Below are positions 26,811 through 36,254 of a stretch of DNA of 64,000 nucleotides, one piece after another. Each line of letters opens with the position of its first letter. The stretch's first letter is position 1. Location: the sequence record NC_042100.1, one strand, 5' to 3'. Position numbers and translations under genes: made by a program. Under the pieces are notes generated by a model. It ran no database searches and was not told where the DNA came from. It was given only the letters and a program-made list of their open reading frames with translations.

Positions 26811-28883
26811 ATGATACAGCCGATGTTGTCTCCTTTTGTGGACGCGGATTATCATTCTGATAGAAACATCGTGAAACATTATCACGATCAGATGATCACC
26901 TACTTACAAAAACGATTTAAGGTGACCGCTGAACAAGCAGCCCAAATTGTTAAGAAAAAATTCCGACCTAATACTGGGGAATACCAAGACCGTAAGTTTA
27001 AAGTCTTGGAGAAAAATAAATACGGTGACCGTGAACTTAAAGTCATGACCGCCAGTGAGTTCTTTAAAAACGTACACAGTAACAACTACCACTTAAGCCC
27101 ATCACTAGTGGGGTACAAAAACTCAGAAGAAGAGCAATCTGTTAACTCTATCGGGACAGAACGTTTTCTTAAGCTTCGTAAGTTGTACAAAAACAAACGA
27201 CAAGACGCCAAAGATAGCGGTGATAAATGGTCGGAGAAAACCTATGACGTTATTCAGAACGCACTTAAGATCTTTAACAACGCACAGTCTGGTGCAATGT
27301 CGTCGAACGGCACACCTCTGGTTAATAAGTCCGGCCACACTTCGATGACTTCAACGTGTCGCGGACTTACGTCTACGGCTAACATCTGTAACGAAAAATT
27401 CCTAGCAGGTAACCGACTCTATAATACTTTCGAGAACACCTTACAAAACATCATAGCGACGGTTCAATACACTGACCTTGAACGCATGCAGAAAGTGATG
27501 GATAAGTTAGGGATGCGTCACGCTACTGTAGAAGAAGTGATGAACATGATTCGTCACTCTACTGGTCGTTATTGGCGTAACGCAGTTCGTATGCAAACGA
27601 TCGAAGAACTAATCAACACTTTCCGTCCGGTGGAATTAACCGCTGTACTGTGTGTATTAGACTTAGAAGGTCTTCGTGTTACGAACCAGAAGACGTTATA
27701 CGAGCTACTTGATGACTTCTCCAAAGTACCGGAAATACCAGAGGGAGCTAAAGCCGAGGATTACCCTAAACCGGATACCGGTGACCGATACATCCTTTGT
27801 GTTTCAAAGATCGTCGGTAAAGCGAGTAAACTCCAAATCAATCATCTTAATGCTTGGCACTTAGAGTGTGAACAAAAGTGGTTCGATTTCATTGAAATTT
27901 TCCTTAAGCAAGAAATTCCACCATCTGGTGTTTACAACATCAAAGATATGATTCGTGAAGTTGTATTGACTTCCGACACGGATTCTTCTATCTACACGGT
28001 AGATACGGTGGTTGACCAATACACCAAAGACCGTGCGACCTCACTTCGTACTAACGGTGTTTTGACATACTTTATACGTATGATCGCTGTTCATCAACAC
28101 GCTCAGTTCTCTGAGAACATGAACGTGGCTCATCGCTTCCGTTACCGCTTGAACATGAAGAACGAATATTTGTTCGGAGCTTATGTTACCACAACGATGT
28201 CGAAACACTACTACGCGACACAGTTGATGGTAGAGGGGGTGATGAACAAAGAAGTTGAGATGGAGATTAAAGGTGTGCATTTACGCTCTGCCAAAATCGC
28301 TGCCAACATCAAGTCCTTTGCACACAAGCTGATGCGTGAAGTATTGGACGCTATCCATGAGCACCGTCAACTGGATGCTGCTGATATTTTGTATCGTGCG
28401 GCAGAACTGGAACGACAAATCATTGCGGATATAGAACGTGGGGATTGGTTGTGGTTGACAAAGTCTACGATTAAAGATGCGGAAGTTTATTCTAAACCTG
28501 AGTCGTCCGTTTACCAGTATCATGTGTTGTGGGAGAAGATCTTTGCTGAACAATACGGTCATGCTCCGGAATTACCGTATACGGCCATTAAAGTGAACGC
28601 CAAGACACTAAACCGAGCTTCTATTCAAAACTGGTTAGACGAACTACCGGAAGGGATTAAAAAGAAAGCGGAATCACACCTTGGTGATACCAGCAAGTTA
28701 ACGACCCTTTACGTTCCTGAAGAATGTTTAGGTTCCGAGGGGATTCCTAAGGAAATCGTGCAAGCCGCCGATATTCGTGCTATTATCAAACAAAACCTCA
28801 AATGTGTTTACGCAGTATTAGAGTCCTTAGGTCTCTTTATTGTGAATGAGAAAATAACACGATTAATTAGTGACGAACACTAA
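26811..28883 (+). CDS. Split family-B DNA polymerase, C-terminal polymerase subunit (phiKZ gp50-like)
   Basis: Motif B ALKIFNNAQSG, motif C LTSDTDSSIY, and KHYY and EIKGVHL motifs. Confidence 0.9.
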   Translation: MIQPMLSPFVDADYHSDRNIVKHYHDQMITYLQKRFKVTAEQAAQIVKKKFRPNTGEYQDRKFKVLEKNKYGDRELKVMTASEFFKNVHSNNYHLSPSLVGYKNSEEEQSVNSIGTERFLKLRKLYKNKRQDAKDSGDKWSEKTYDVIQNALKIFNNAQSGAMSSNGTPLVNKSGHTSMTSTCRGLTSTANICNEKFLAGNRLYNTFENTLQNIIATVQYTDLERMQKVMDKLGMRHATVEEVMNMIRHSTGRYWRNAVRMQTIEELINTFRPVELTAVLCVLDLEGLRVTNQKTLYELLDDFSKVPEIPEGAKAEDYPKPDTGDRYILCVSKIVGKASKLQINHLNAWHLECEQKWFDFIEIFLKQEIPPSGVYNIKDMIREVVLTSDTDSSIYTVDTVVDQYTKDRATSLRTNGVLTYFIRMIAVHQHAQFSENMNVAHRFRYRLNMKNEYLFGAYVTTTMSKHYYATQLMVEGVMNKEVEMEIKGVHLRSAKIAANIKSFAHKLMREVLDAIHEHRQLDAADILYRAAELERQIIADIERGDWLWLTKSTIKDAEVYSKPESSVYQYHVLWEKIFAEQYGHAPELPYTAIKVNAKTLNRASIQNWLDELPEGIKKKAESHLGDTSKLTTLYVPEECLGSEGIPKEIVQAADIRAIIKQNLKCVYAVLESLGLFIVNEKITRLISDEH

Positions 28884-28885
28884 TA

Positions 28886-28913
28886 ACTCCGTGCGGGTTA
28901 TCCCGCACGGAGT
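28886..28913. terminator. Bidirectional terminator
   Basis: ACTCCGTGCGGG-TTAT-CCCGCACGGAGT between convergent stops at 28883 and 28919. Confidence 0.75.
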
Positions 28914-28918
28914 CATCT

Positions 28919-30025
28919 TTACTGTATTCTTTTTTCTAACTCATTTCGCATCGCCACATAACGTTTCTCTAACAAAGGGTTACGTATTTGCTGTGTCGAT
29001 AATTTAACATCTTGTCGTAACCATCGACGAACGTGACTCTGTAGGAATCCATTGTTCGTCCGAGTTATTTGGTTATAGTGGAATAAAACAGTGAGGACTT
29101 TCATATACGAGAAATTCCAAACCCACCTCGATTTAAGGTAAAGTCCATATTGTTCGGGATCTTTCCATACTACCGGGTTATTCGGGAAATTCGGAAGAGT
29201 ATCGTAGATTTCTAAATCATCAATGAGTGCGTCTAAATTCCTTAACGGTTTCTTAGTTAATAAGTTGTCCATTTTTTCGACAGTCTTCACTAACAAACGT
29301 TCCACGGAATTGATCGCGTAAGTAGTTCGCGGTACCGTCAATAACTCATCGAAGTCACGTCCTGTGACTGTGTGCTGGTATAACGCGTTTAAGGTCACCA
29401 ATCGGTTACCAAGAAGTTGAGCGTTGAGTAAAGGGAATTTAGGTAACCATAGATGAGGTTTAGGATCAAATCCGTAAGTCACCGCGTCTTTCAAATAACG
29501 CCAGTACCCAACCGCAAGTGCGGTGAAGTCGATACCGATGATGGCAAACTTACCGTCAGGGTCTTCGCGAGGCTTATCCTTAGTAGGTCGAAAGTCTAAT
29601 TCAGTAGAATCGCTGTAAACTGGTATAAAGGGGCAAATGTCTTCGGTGTTAGTGATTAAATAATCTGTAAAGTTCAACTGTGATGGCAAAGATATTAGTA
29701 GCTCTCGGTAGCCTTGCTTATATAGCACATTTTGGTGAAGTTTACCATTGTTGTAAACACCGACCGCACTAATAGAACTCGCCCAACGTTCTCGCTTGAA
29801 CTCAATAACTTGTTCTAATTCCTCGGATGTCCAATGAGGGTCTATTTGCATAAACTCCACTAGTTGAACCAGTGGATGTTCATTTGGTAAGCGGTAGCTG
29901 GTTTCCAACACCCGCTCTTTAAACTGTTCTTGGTTGAATCGACACATGCGTAATAAATTGGTTACATTGGTATAATGGTAACTCGCATTGGTCATAGAAC
30001 TCAACTCGGTAAATAAAGTTTGCAT
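28919..30025 (-). CDS. Conserved phiKZ-like protein between DNAP and chimallin
   Basis: 368-aa ORF. Its position between DNAP and chmA matches phiKZ-like gene order. Confidence 0.6.
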   Translation of the reverse strand: MQTLFTELSSMTNASYHYTNVTNLLRMCRFNQEQFKERVLETSYRLPNEHPLVQLVEFMQIDPHWTSEELEQVIEFKRERWASSISAVGVYNNGKLHQNVLYKQGYRELLISLPSQLNFTDYLITNTEDICPFIPVYSDSTELDFRPTKDKPREDPDGKFAIIGIDFTALAVGYWRYLKDAVTYGFDPKPHLWLPKFPLLNAQLLGNRLVTLNALYQHTVTGRDFDELLTVPRTTYAINSVERLLVKTVEKMDNLLTKKPLRNLDALIDDLEIYDTLPNFPNNPVVWKDPEQYGLYLKSRWVWNFSYMKVLTVLFHYNQITRTNNGFLQSHVRRWLRQDVKLSTQQIRNPLLEKRYVAMRNELEKRIQ

Positions 30026-30046
30026 AACTGTGTGTCCATTATATGT
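30025..30046 (+). promoter_or_regulatory. Class II promoter upstream of the chimallin leader
   Basis: TAAC-TGTGTG-TCCATTATATGT has the same TAAC-N6-core spacing as 18265 and 22028. Confidence 0.5.
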
Positions 30047-30142
30047 AGATAAAACTTTCTCCAGCCGTAAGGTTGGGGTGGATAGGACCAGAATTGAAAT
30101 ATTTAAGACATAAAATCGTAAGGTTTTGAAGTCCCTAAATAT

Positions 30143-30167
30143 TTTCAGTCCTATATAACCTAGGTGT
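30143..30167 (+). promoter_or_regulatory. Class I phage promoter motif upstream of chimallin
   Basis: TTTCAGTCCTATATAACCTAGGTGT. Confidence 0.7.
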
Positions 30168-30247
30168 TAAGCAAGTGGTATTATTGCGATACCTTAATGT
30201 TTAATAACGTTATTGAATATTGAAACCCGAATAATAAAGGATCAATT

Positions 30248-32314
30248 ATGATCTCAAGCAAAAATAGCTGGGATGAAATCGAAGAGAATGATCAATCTTC
30301 TAACAACCCACAAACCCAACAACCAACCAAAAATCAAACTGCACAACAAGGAGCAGAAAAAATGTCATCTAACAAAACCAACTCACTACTAGATTTCGCT
30401 AACGTTCTAGGTATGAACTCAATGATGTCTGGCGGTCGTAGCGTTCCTGTTGTGAACGAGATTGTTAAGAAGTTGAACGACTTCCGTGAAGAGAAAGACA
30501 AATCTTCTATCAACCCTGCGCTACAGCAAATCATCCCTCAAGAAGTAATTCTGATGGACACTAACCTGTCTCCAGTATTACCGGGTATCATCCTAGCTCG
30601 TCGCGTAGGTAACGCAATGATCATCGCTCCAGTGCAGTTCTCTAACCGTGAGATCGCTATCCAGCTGGAAGAAATTCACACTAACGGTGTGATGGGTCAA
30701 AACATGCCGGCGAAGGTGCAAATCAAACAAACACCAAACCGTTACATGAGTAAAGAAGTGGTTCGTAACCTAATCGAATCAATGAAACTTCGCTACGCTA
30801 ACGACGGTGTAAACGACGTTCAACTTATCACGTCTCGTGTTATCGACCTAGAGTCTTACCAAACTCCAGAAAACAAAGAGATTGGTATGGCTGACCTACT
30901 AGCGAACGTTATCCTTGAAGAGTGGGAACGTGGTATGAAAACTACGCTAACCAAAACAATGGTTAAGCATGGTGTAGCACTGAAAACTCCATTCATCAAC
31001 GCTAAAGGTCAAATCGACGAAAATGCGTACGGTCCAACTAAATGTGCGACTGCGCGTATCGAAGCGATGAAAAACCAATCTGGTACTCCAGTGAGCATCG
31101 ACGGCGTACCGTCTGGCGCGAACATGTTAGTGCAGCTACAAACAGCACCAAAAGAAGGTCAGCAATACAACGCTGATGCTGCTCGCGGTATTGTTAACGC
31201 TTACTCTAACGTACTGTTGGTTGGCGTTCCGTTTGCCGTTTACACTGCGCAAATGGCAAACCGCCAAATCCAACCGATGTTCTCTCCAATGATGAACTCG
31301 AACGACATGTACCCTCATGGCTACCACCCGCTTCAAGCAGTTGTAGTAATGAACCACACTCGTGCACAAGCACAGATGGGTAACAACTCAGGTATCGCTT
31401 CATTCCTAATGGGTCTGTACGCGAACATGACTGTGAACCACAACCACCTGTTCACTGAGCCTCTACGTTTGGCTAAGATTGGTGCACGTGGTAACCTGTC
31501 TCACATCGAGCGTCGTATCGAAGACATGATTGGTGGTGCGCTAGGTAAGCGTGACGAGAAACTGAAGATGACAGAAGCCCGTCTAAAAGACATGGACTTC
31601 ACTTCTTCTTGGATCCGTCGTAACATTGCCGAGCGTGCATCTTACGCCATCGACCTAGTTGAATTCGGTAACGAAGCGGCACTTCACAACTTCCTACTTA
31701 ACCTTGTAGGTACTACTGAAGCGGCTACTGAAAACAAACTAGTAATCGTTAAAGTGATCGACTCTATCACTAACGGTGAAGCGTCTCGTCGTATTTCAGA
31801 GAACAAACAAACTGGTAAAGGTTGGACTCCAGAGAAAGCAGTTCTATGTCAATCTGGTATTCTGAACCCAGTAGGTACGTTCAAGCACAACGGTGAACTT
31901 CACTCACTAGAAGAAGTGGATGAAATCTTCCTAAGCCGTCTGTGTCCAACTGACACTACTCCGATGATTCAGTACCTACAAGCAGTGTACGGTGATGGTA
32001 ACCAAACTCCAGAGCCAGTGCGTCGCTACCGCATGACTACTATGCTTCCTACACTGATCAACGATGATGTAAACATCACTGGTACTTCACGTCGTCACTA
32101 CGTGGCACCAGAGTTTGCAGAATTCCTAGGTCAATGTCTAGACAAGCTTGGTAACCTAAATGCGTCTGGTACTATGGGTACGTTTGCATCTAACGTTGCA
32201 ATCTACGCACCATCTGTTGAATACGCAGTAAACGCGGCAGCAGGTGCTTCTGGTGCTTACATGGTTAACGGTGGCGGTATCGTGGGCAATGCTTCTGGTA
32301 TTGTTTACTCATAA
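30248..32314 (+). CDS. chmA: Chimallin, phage nuclear shell protein (phiKZ gp54-like)
   Basis: 688 aa with a disordered Q/N-rich N-terminus. It lies immediately upstream of the nvRNAP beta' N subunit, carries the C-terminal APEFAEFL...G pattern, and shows codon use typical of highly expressed genes. Confidence 0.8.
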   Translation: MISSKNSWDEIEENDQSSNNPQTQQPTKNQTAQQGAEKMSSNKTNSLLDFANVLGMNSMMSGGRSVPVVNEIVKKLNDFREEKDKSSINPALQQIIPQEVILMDTNLSPVLPGIILARRVGNAMIIAPVQFSNREIAIQLEEIHTNGVMGQNMPAKVQIKQTPNRYMSKEVVRNLIESMKLRYANDGVNDVQLITSRVIDLESYQTPENKEIGMADLLANVILEEWERGMKTTLTKTMVKHGVALKTPFINAKGQIDENAYGPTKCATARIEAMKNQSGTPVSIDGVPSGANMLVQLQTAPKEGQQYNADAARGIVNAYSNVLLVGVPFAVYTAQMANRQIQPMFSPMMNSNDMYPHGYHPLQAVVVMNHTRAQAQMGNNSGIASFLMGLYANMTVNHNHLFTEPLRLAKIGARGNLSHIERRIEDMIGGALGKRDEKLKMTEARLKDMDFTSSWIRRNIAERASYAIDLVEFGNEAALHNFLLNLVGTTEAATENKLVIVKVIDSITNGEASRRISENKQTGKGWTPEKAVLCQSGILNPVGTFKHNGELHSLEEVDEIFLSRLCPTDTTPMIQYLQAVYGDGNQTPEPVRRYRMTTMLPTLINDDVNITGTSRRHYVAPEFAEFLGQCLDKLGNLNASGTMGTFASNVAIYAPSVEYAVNAAAGASGAYMVNGGGIVGNASGIVYS

Positions 32315-32338
32315 TCTGCTTCGTTAATTAAGTTCTAA

Positions 32339-32362
32339 GGGTGGGAGCTAACGCTCCCACTC
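32339..32362 (+). terminator. Intrinsic terminator
   Basis: GGGTGGGAGC-TAAC-GCTCCCACTC followed by CTTT. Confidence 0.65.
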
Positions 32363-32408
32363 CTTTATATCGTTTTTAAATTTTTTATCAAAAATAAGGA
32401 GTTCTGTA

Positions 32409-34409
32409 ATGTCGTCTCCAACGAAAGATATTGCAGTAGAGGTATTAGCAAAGGAATCTTTTGACGATTTGCTTCCTATCAAACAGTTCCAGCGTTATCA
32501 GGAACAATCCGGGAAGAAATTCTTCGACGATCCTAGTTACTACGCTCCGCTTTATCCAGACTTCCGTGATTTCAATTACGCCCATGATACATCTAAGTCA
32601 CAACCTGTTTATCTGAACGACTACGACTTCTGTTTAGAAGAAGATCGTGAACGTTTGGAGAAACTGATTCGTGTGGACTTTGATACGGACACTTTTGAAA
32701 CCATTGCGTCGTGTGGTTGTGATAAACCTTTAAAGGGAAACCATTTAATTGGTTCTGGACGGGTTTGTAGAAACTGTGGTAACCAAGTGGAGCGCTTAGT
32801 TGATACTGAGTTATCGACCAAAGTTTGGTTACGTCTACCTACCGGTGTCCAATCATTCATCAACCCTGCGTTCTACAAGACATACTTGCAAAAGATCGCA
32901 ACAGCTTCACCTAAGATAGAGATCATCACTTACATCATCGATCCAACCTATCGTCGTAAGGTCAACTCACAAAGTTCGGAAAAACTTCGTGATCTTCAAT
33001 CTCATTTAAAACGTCTGATGACTCGTTTCGATCTCAACGAGTTTGTTGTTAATGCTGATACCATCATGGATTACTTTTTGTTAGGTGAAGGTCGAACTTT
33101 AACAGCACTTAAGAATTCCGATGCTAAAGAGATTATGTTGGGTTACTTTGATTACAAGGATATTGTTTTCACTAAGTATCTCCCGATACCTAATAAACTC
33201 TCTACCGTTATTGAAAAGGCGGGTAAAGAACGTTACGCTTCTTCAAGTCAGCTAAAAATGGATTCGACTTACATGTCCATCGCTGATACTAAAGATAACA
33301 CTGACCTATACCAAGTAAATGAATTCGACATCCAAGAATCCATCGATCGTGTTGGTAAAGGGATAGTGGCGTTAGCGGCACAAAACTCTGCTCATTTAAA
33401 AGACTTCATGTTCCCTAAACCGGGAGCGGCACGTAAACTGGTGGCGTCTGGCTCTTTACCGATGACAGGTCGTTCAGTAATCACCTCTAAGACCGGAATA
33501 CATAACCCGGGGATGATCGAAGTACCATGGATAATGGCACTCGCCCAGTTAGAGAAACAGATACTGTCCCATTTGTATCGTAAAGGTTATTCGCCGATGG
33601 CGGCACTGACCAAGATCAGTAAAGCCGCCCATTACCTCGACCCCGATATCGACGCTTTCTTTACTTATCATGAAGAACGCAATGATATTGTGTGTAAAGC
33701 AGGTCGTATGCCATCCATTCAGTATTTGTCTCGTCGCACCTTCTTTGCGCGAATTAAACGAGATCTGGGAGATCAATCTATTGGTCTACCGATACTGTCC
33801 GTGTCCAATTTTAATGCCGACTTCGACGGTGTGCAATCGCCGTCATTAAACTTCTTTAATTGCTGGAACCCCGTAAAACTCTATTTACTACAATAGTTGA
33901 GCGATCGACTATGAATGTGGGCGAAAGTCAGAAATAAAAATAGAGATGACCTAAGCTTAATGGAAAACCAACTTTACCAAGGATAAGTGTGGAGTGCTAA
34001 GGGATCACATCAATCGGAAATCAGCAGCGAAGACTCTCTCGTAGAGTAACGTTCAACGACTAGGTGGGGAGAAGTCTCCTCGAACAGGAAGAGTGGATTC
34101 AAGGAATGATGAAGCTAAGATATAGTCTCGCCCGGCATGAGAGTGTCGGAAGTCATTAACTTGGGGTGATGACTGGTGAACTAACGACTCACTTTAAAAA
34201 GCATCTTAACGGATGTAACAATGTATGCGGACCAGATGGCGCTATTCTTCTTACCTGACTTAAGATCTAAGGCGGTGAGTTATGGCGCATTCGGTCACCA
34301 ATCGGTATTTGATGAAAACAAACCGTTCTCAATCAGTCGACATTACAAACAGCCGTCGACTAACTTGATGAACATCAATAACGTAATGCGAAAACTGGAG
34401 TTCAAATAA
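32409..34409 (+). CDS. Non-virion RNA polymerase beta' N-terminal subunit (phiKZ gp55-like), spliced: exons 32409-33830 and 34230-34409
   Basis: Zn ribbon CGC...CRNC, MTGRSVIT, GRMPSI. The spliced frame restores the catalytic NADFDGDQM and gives 533 aa. Confidence 0.9.
33831..34229 (+). mobile_element. Group I (IA-type) self-splicing intron, ORF-less, 399 nt
   Basis: P1: exon GACGGT pairs with IGS GCCGTC, with U.G at the splice site. P element AATTGCTGGAA (33858), Q AATCAGCAG (34019), R GTTCAACGACTA (34051), S AAGATATAGTCT (34117). P9 has a GAGA loop. Terminal G at 34229. Confidence 0.93.
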
Positions 34410-35065
34410 TGAATACGTGTCGAGCTTTCTCTATGGGTACATCGGGGATCGTGCATGACAACCAAATGCAGTCTTATGCGAACATGATCCAGATGAACTT
34501 TGAACAGGTTCAAAACGTAGGCGGTTGGTTAGGAGAAGGTGCTTCTAACTTTATGGATTCCTTTAAGAACTTTGTTAACACCCGAGCTTGGGATTTAGCG
34601 AGCCGTATTCGTGGTAATGCCGAAGATCACTACATCGGTTACTACGACATCGGTATCGCGACTTCAATGGAAATGTTACAAGCTTCTCAAGGATTCATGC
34701 GTGATTACATCATGGCGATGCCGGGCGTGATGGACCTTTACAAAGAAGGAGAACTAAGTGGTTGGGAAGGTGAGTTCAGTGAATGGTGTACGGGTGTGGG
34801 TGAAGACAACATCTACTACCGTCGTCAAATGCACGGCTTATTGCAACTAGAACAGCAGGAAGACAAAAACGTAGCCCGTACTACTCATTTCTATGATTCC
34901 GTCGCTGGAACCGGTTTGAGTGTCCGTGAGCGCTATGATCTAGCAACTACCCGCACTGCTGTGAACCATCATCTTGCTAATAGTCTATTCGACTTCACTA
35001 ATGCAGAAGGTGAATTACGCACCTCAGCAAAAGAAGCGGAAGACAAACAAAATAAAGGGGAGTAA
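34409..35065 (+). CDS. Conserved phiKZ-like protein downstream of nvRNAP beta'N
   Basis: 218-aa ORF with a TAATG overlap with exon 2. Core-block position. Confidence 0.7.
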   Translation: MNTCRAFSMGTSGIVHDNQMQSYANMIQMNFEQVQNVGGWLGEGASNFMDSFKNFVNTRAWDLASRIRGNAEDHYIGYYDIGIATSMEMLQASQGFMRDYIMAMPGVMDLYKEGELSGWEGEFSEWCTGVGEDNIYYRRQMHGLLQLEQQEDKNVARTTHFYDSVAGTGLSVRERYDLATTRTAVNHHLANSLFDFTNAEGELRTSAKEAEDKQNKGE

Positions 35066-35072
35066 TCCCCTT
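35055..35072 (+). terminator. Terminator hairpin overlapping the stop codon
   Basis: AAGGGGA-GTAA-TCCCCTT followed by CTTTTT. Confidence 0.6.
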
Positions 35073-35090
35073 CTTTTTATTAGGAGAGTT

Positions 35091-35567
35091 ATGAGTTCTG
35101 TCAATATTGTTAATCGTCGTCGACTTACTATTTTTCGTAAAGACCAAATAGATCTAAGCGTCACCAAACTACTACGCACCTTAAAGAAAAGACCAGAGAA
35201 AAAGCGTTTCTTATTAGTTGAGTACGGGGAGCCTCTGGATGACCGTATCAACCCACAACATGCTGTATTAAAGCTCACCAACTTCACTTACAATGAAGAA
35301 GGGGATTTGACCGCACTAGTCTATCCTGCTGATACCGGGCGACCTAGCATCACACTAGGTGGGTGTGCTAAGCGAGTGAGTTTGGGGCAACTTTTATTGA
35401 GTTCTCGTGTTCCTACGTTTGAGTTTAAATTCAAACGAGTACGGAGGCCTGTGTTGAAGGATGAACAACCTGTTTATGATGAATTGGGTCGACAACAGTT
35501 TTTCTACAATTGTTGTTTGTACACGGTACCGATAGAAAAACCAATTTTATCAGAAGGTCAGAATTAA
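35091..35567 (+). CDS. Hypothetical protein
   Basis: The track starts at 34974. AGGAG before the in-frame ATG at 35091 favours the shorter start. Confidence 0.65.
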   Translation: MSSVNIVNRRRLTIFRKDQIDLSVTKLLRTLKKRPEKKRFLLVEYGEPLDDRINPQHAVLKLTNFTYNEEGDLTALVYPADTGRPSITLGGCAKRVSLGQLLLSSRVPTFEFKFKRVRRPVLKDEQPVYDELGRQQFFYNCCLYTVPIEKPILSEGQN

Positions 35568-35578
35568 CACACAGTCTT

Positions 35579-35603
35579 TTTCAAGTCTATATAACCTAAG
35601 TGT
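35579..35603 (+). promoter_or_regulatory. Class I phage promoter motif
   Basis: TTTCAAGTCTATATAACCTAAGTGT. Confidence 0.7.
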
Positions 35604-35640
35604 AAAATGAATGTATTTATTTAAACTTTGGAGACATCCC

Positions 35641-35769
35641 ATGAAAGATTACGTGAACGTTCAACCTAAAAACACTGAAACTAAAACTTCTTGGTTGCGT
35701 AGCAACGGTATGTTTGCACTCATCTTTTTGGTGGGTGTTTACACATCGTTTAACTACGGCAACTGGTAA
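35641..35769 (+). CDS. 42-aa single-pass membrane microprotein (absent from the ORF track)
   Basis: MKDYVNVQPKNTETKTSWLRSNGMFALIFLVGVYTSFNYGNW, with RBS GGAG, its own promoter and its own terminator. Confidence 0.75.
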   Translation: MKDYVNVQPKNTETKTSWLRSNGMFALIFLVGVYTSFNYGNW

Positions 35770-35775
35770 GTTACT

Positions 35776-35799
35776 TCCTCCTACCTTCGGGTAGGAGGA
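35776..35799 (+). terminator. Intrinsic terminator
   Basis: TCCTCCTACC-TTCG-GGTAGGAGGA with a C(UUCG)G loop. Confidence 0.7.
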
Positions 35800-35831
35800 T
35801 TCCCCTCCCTCTTTATTTTTTTAGGTTTATT

Positions 35832-36254
35832 ATGGCTAAAGATTACATAGTCGGTACGATGTCCACTTTAGGACATATCACCGAAGCGACCGAAGTCGCA
35901 ATGGACAGACACTTAGCTTATTGGTTCGCATCCCGTCGCAGCCAAGGCATGACTATCTTAAAAACAAATTCATTCGAGTGGGTTTTAAAAGAAGCCCAAG
36001 GTAACCAACAACGTGTTGCCGATGACGTTCAAAGTAACCTTAAACTCCATTTTGAAGAGTTGTTTCAGAACGTACAAGTTCAGACTTCCACCGAAGGATT
36101 TGAGAACGATCGAGATGGTCGTTTCCATCTTTATATACAAGTTTCTATTCAGCATGACGGACAATGGTATGATTTAGGATCCGCTGTCCAAGTGTCAGGC
36201 GAAACGTTTAACCTCATCAACCAAGGACGCATCAATGCAAGAGCAAGAACCTAA
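35832..36254 (+). CDS. Conserved protein, possible gp25-like baseplate wedge fold
   Basis: 140-aa ORF. The helix-helix-beta pattern is only suggestive. Confidence 0.45.
   Translation: MAKDYIVGTMSTLGHITEATEVAMDRHLAYWFASRRSQGMTILKTNSFEWVLKEAQGNQQRVADDVQSNLKLHFEELFQNVQVQTSTEGFENDRDGRFHLYIQVSIQHDGQWYDLGSAVQVSGETFNLINQGRINARART

Noticed and set aside
33831-33896. C-terminal VQSPSLNFFNCWNPVKLYLLQ of the 495-aa ORF
   Set aside because: This is read-through into intron sequence, not part of the mature protein.
34221-34409. Stand-alone 62-aa ORF
   Set aside because: It is exon 2 of the nvRNAP beta' gene. Its ATG lies inside the intron and there is no RBS.
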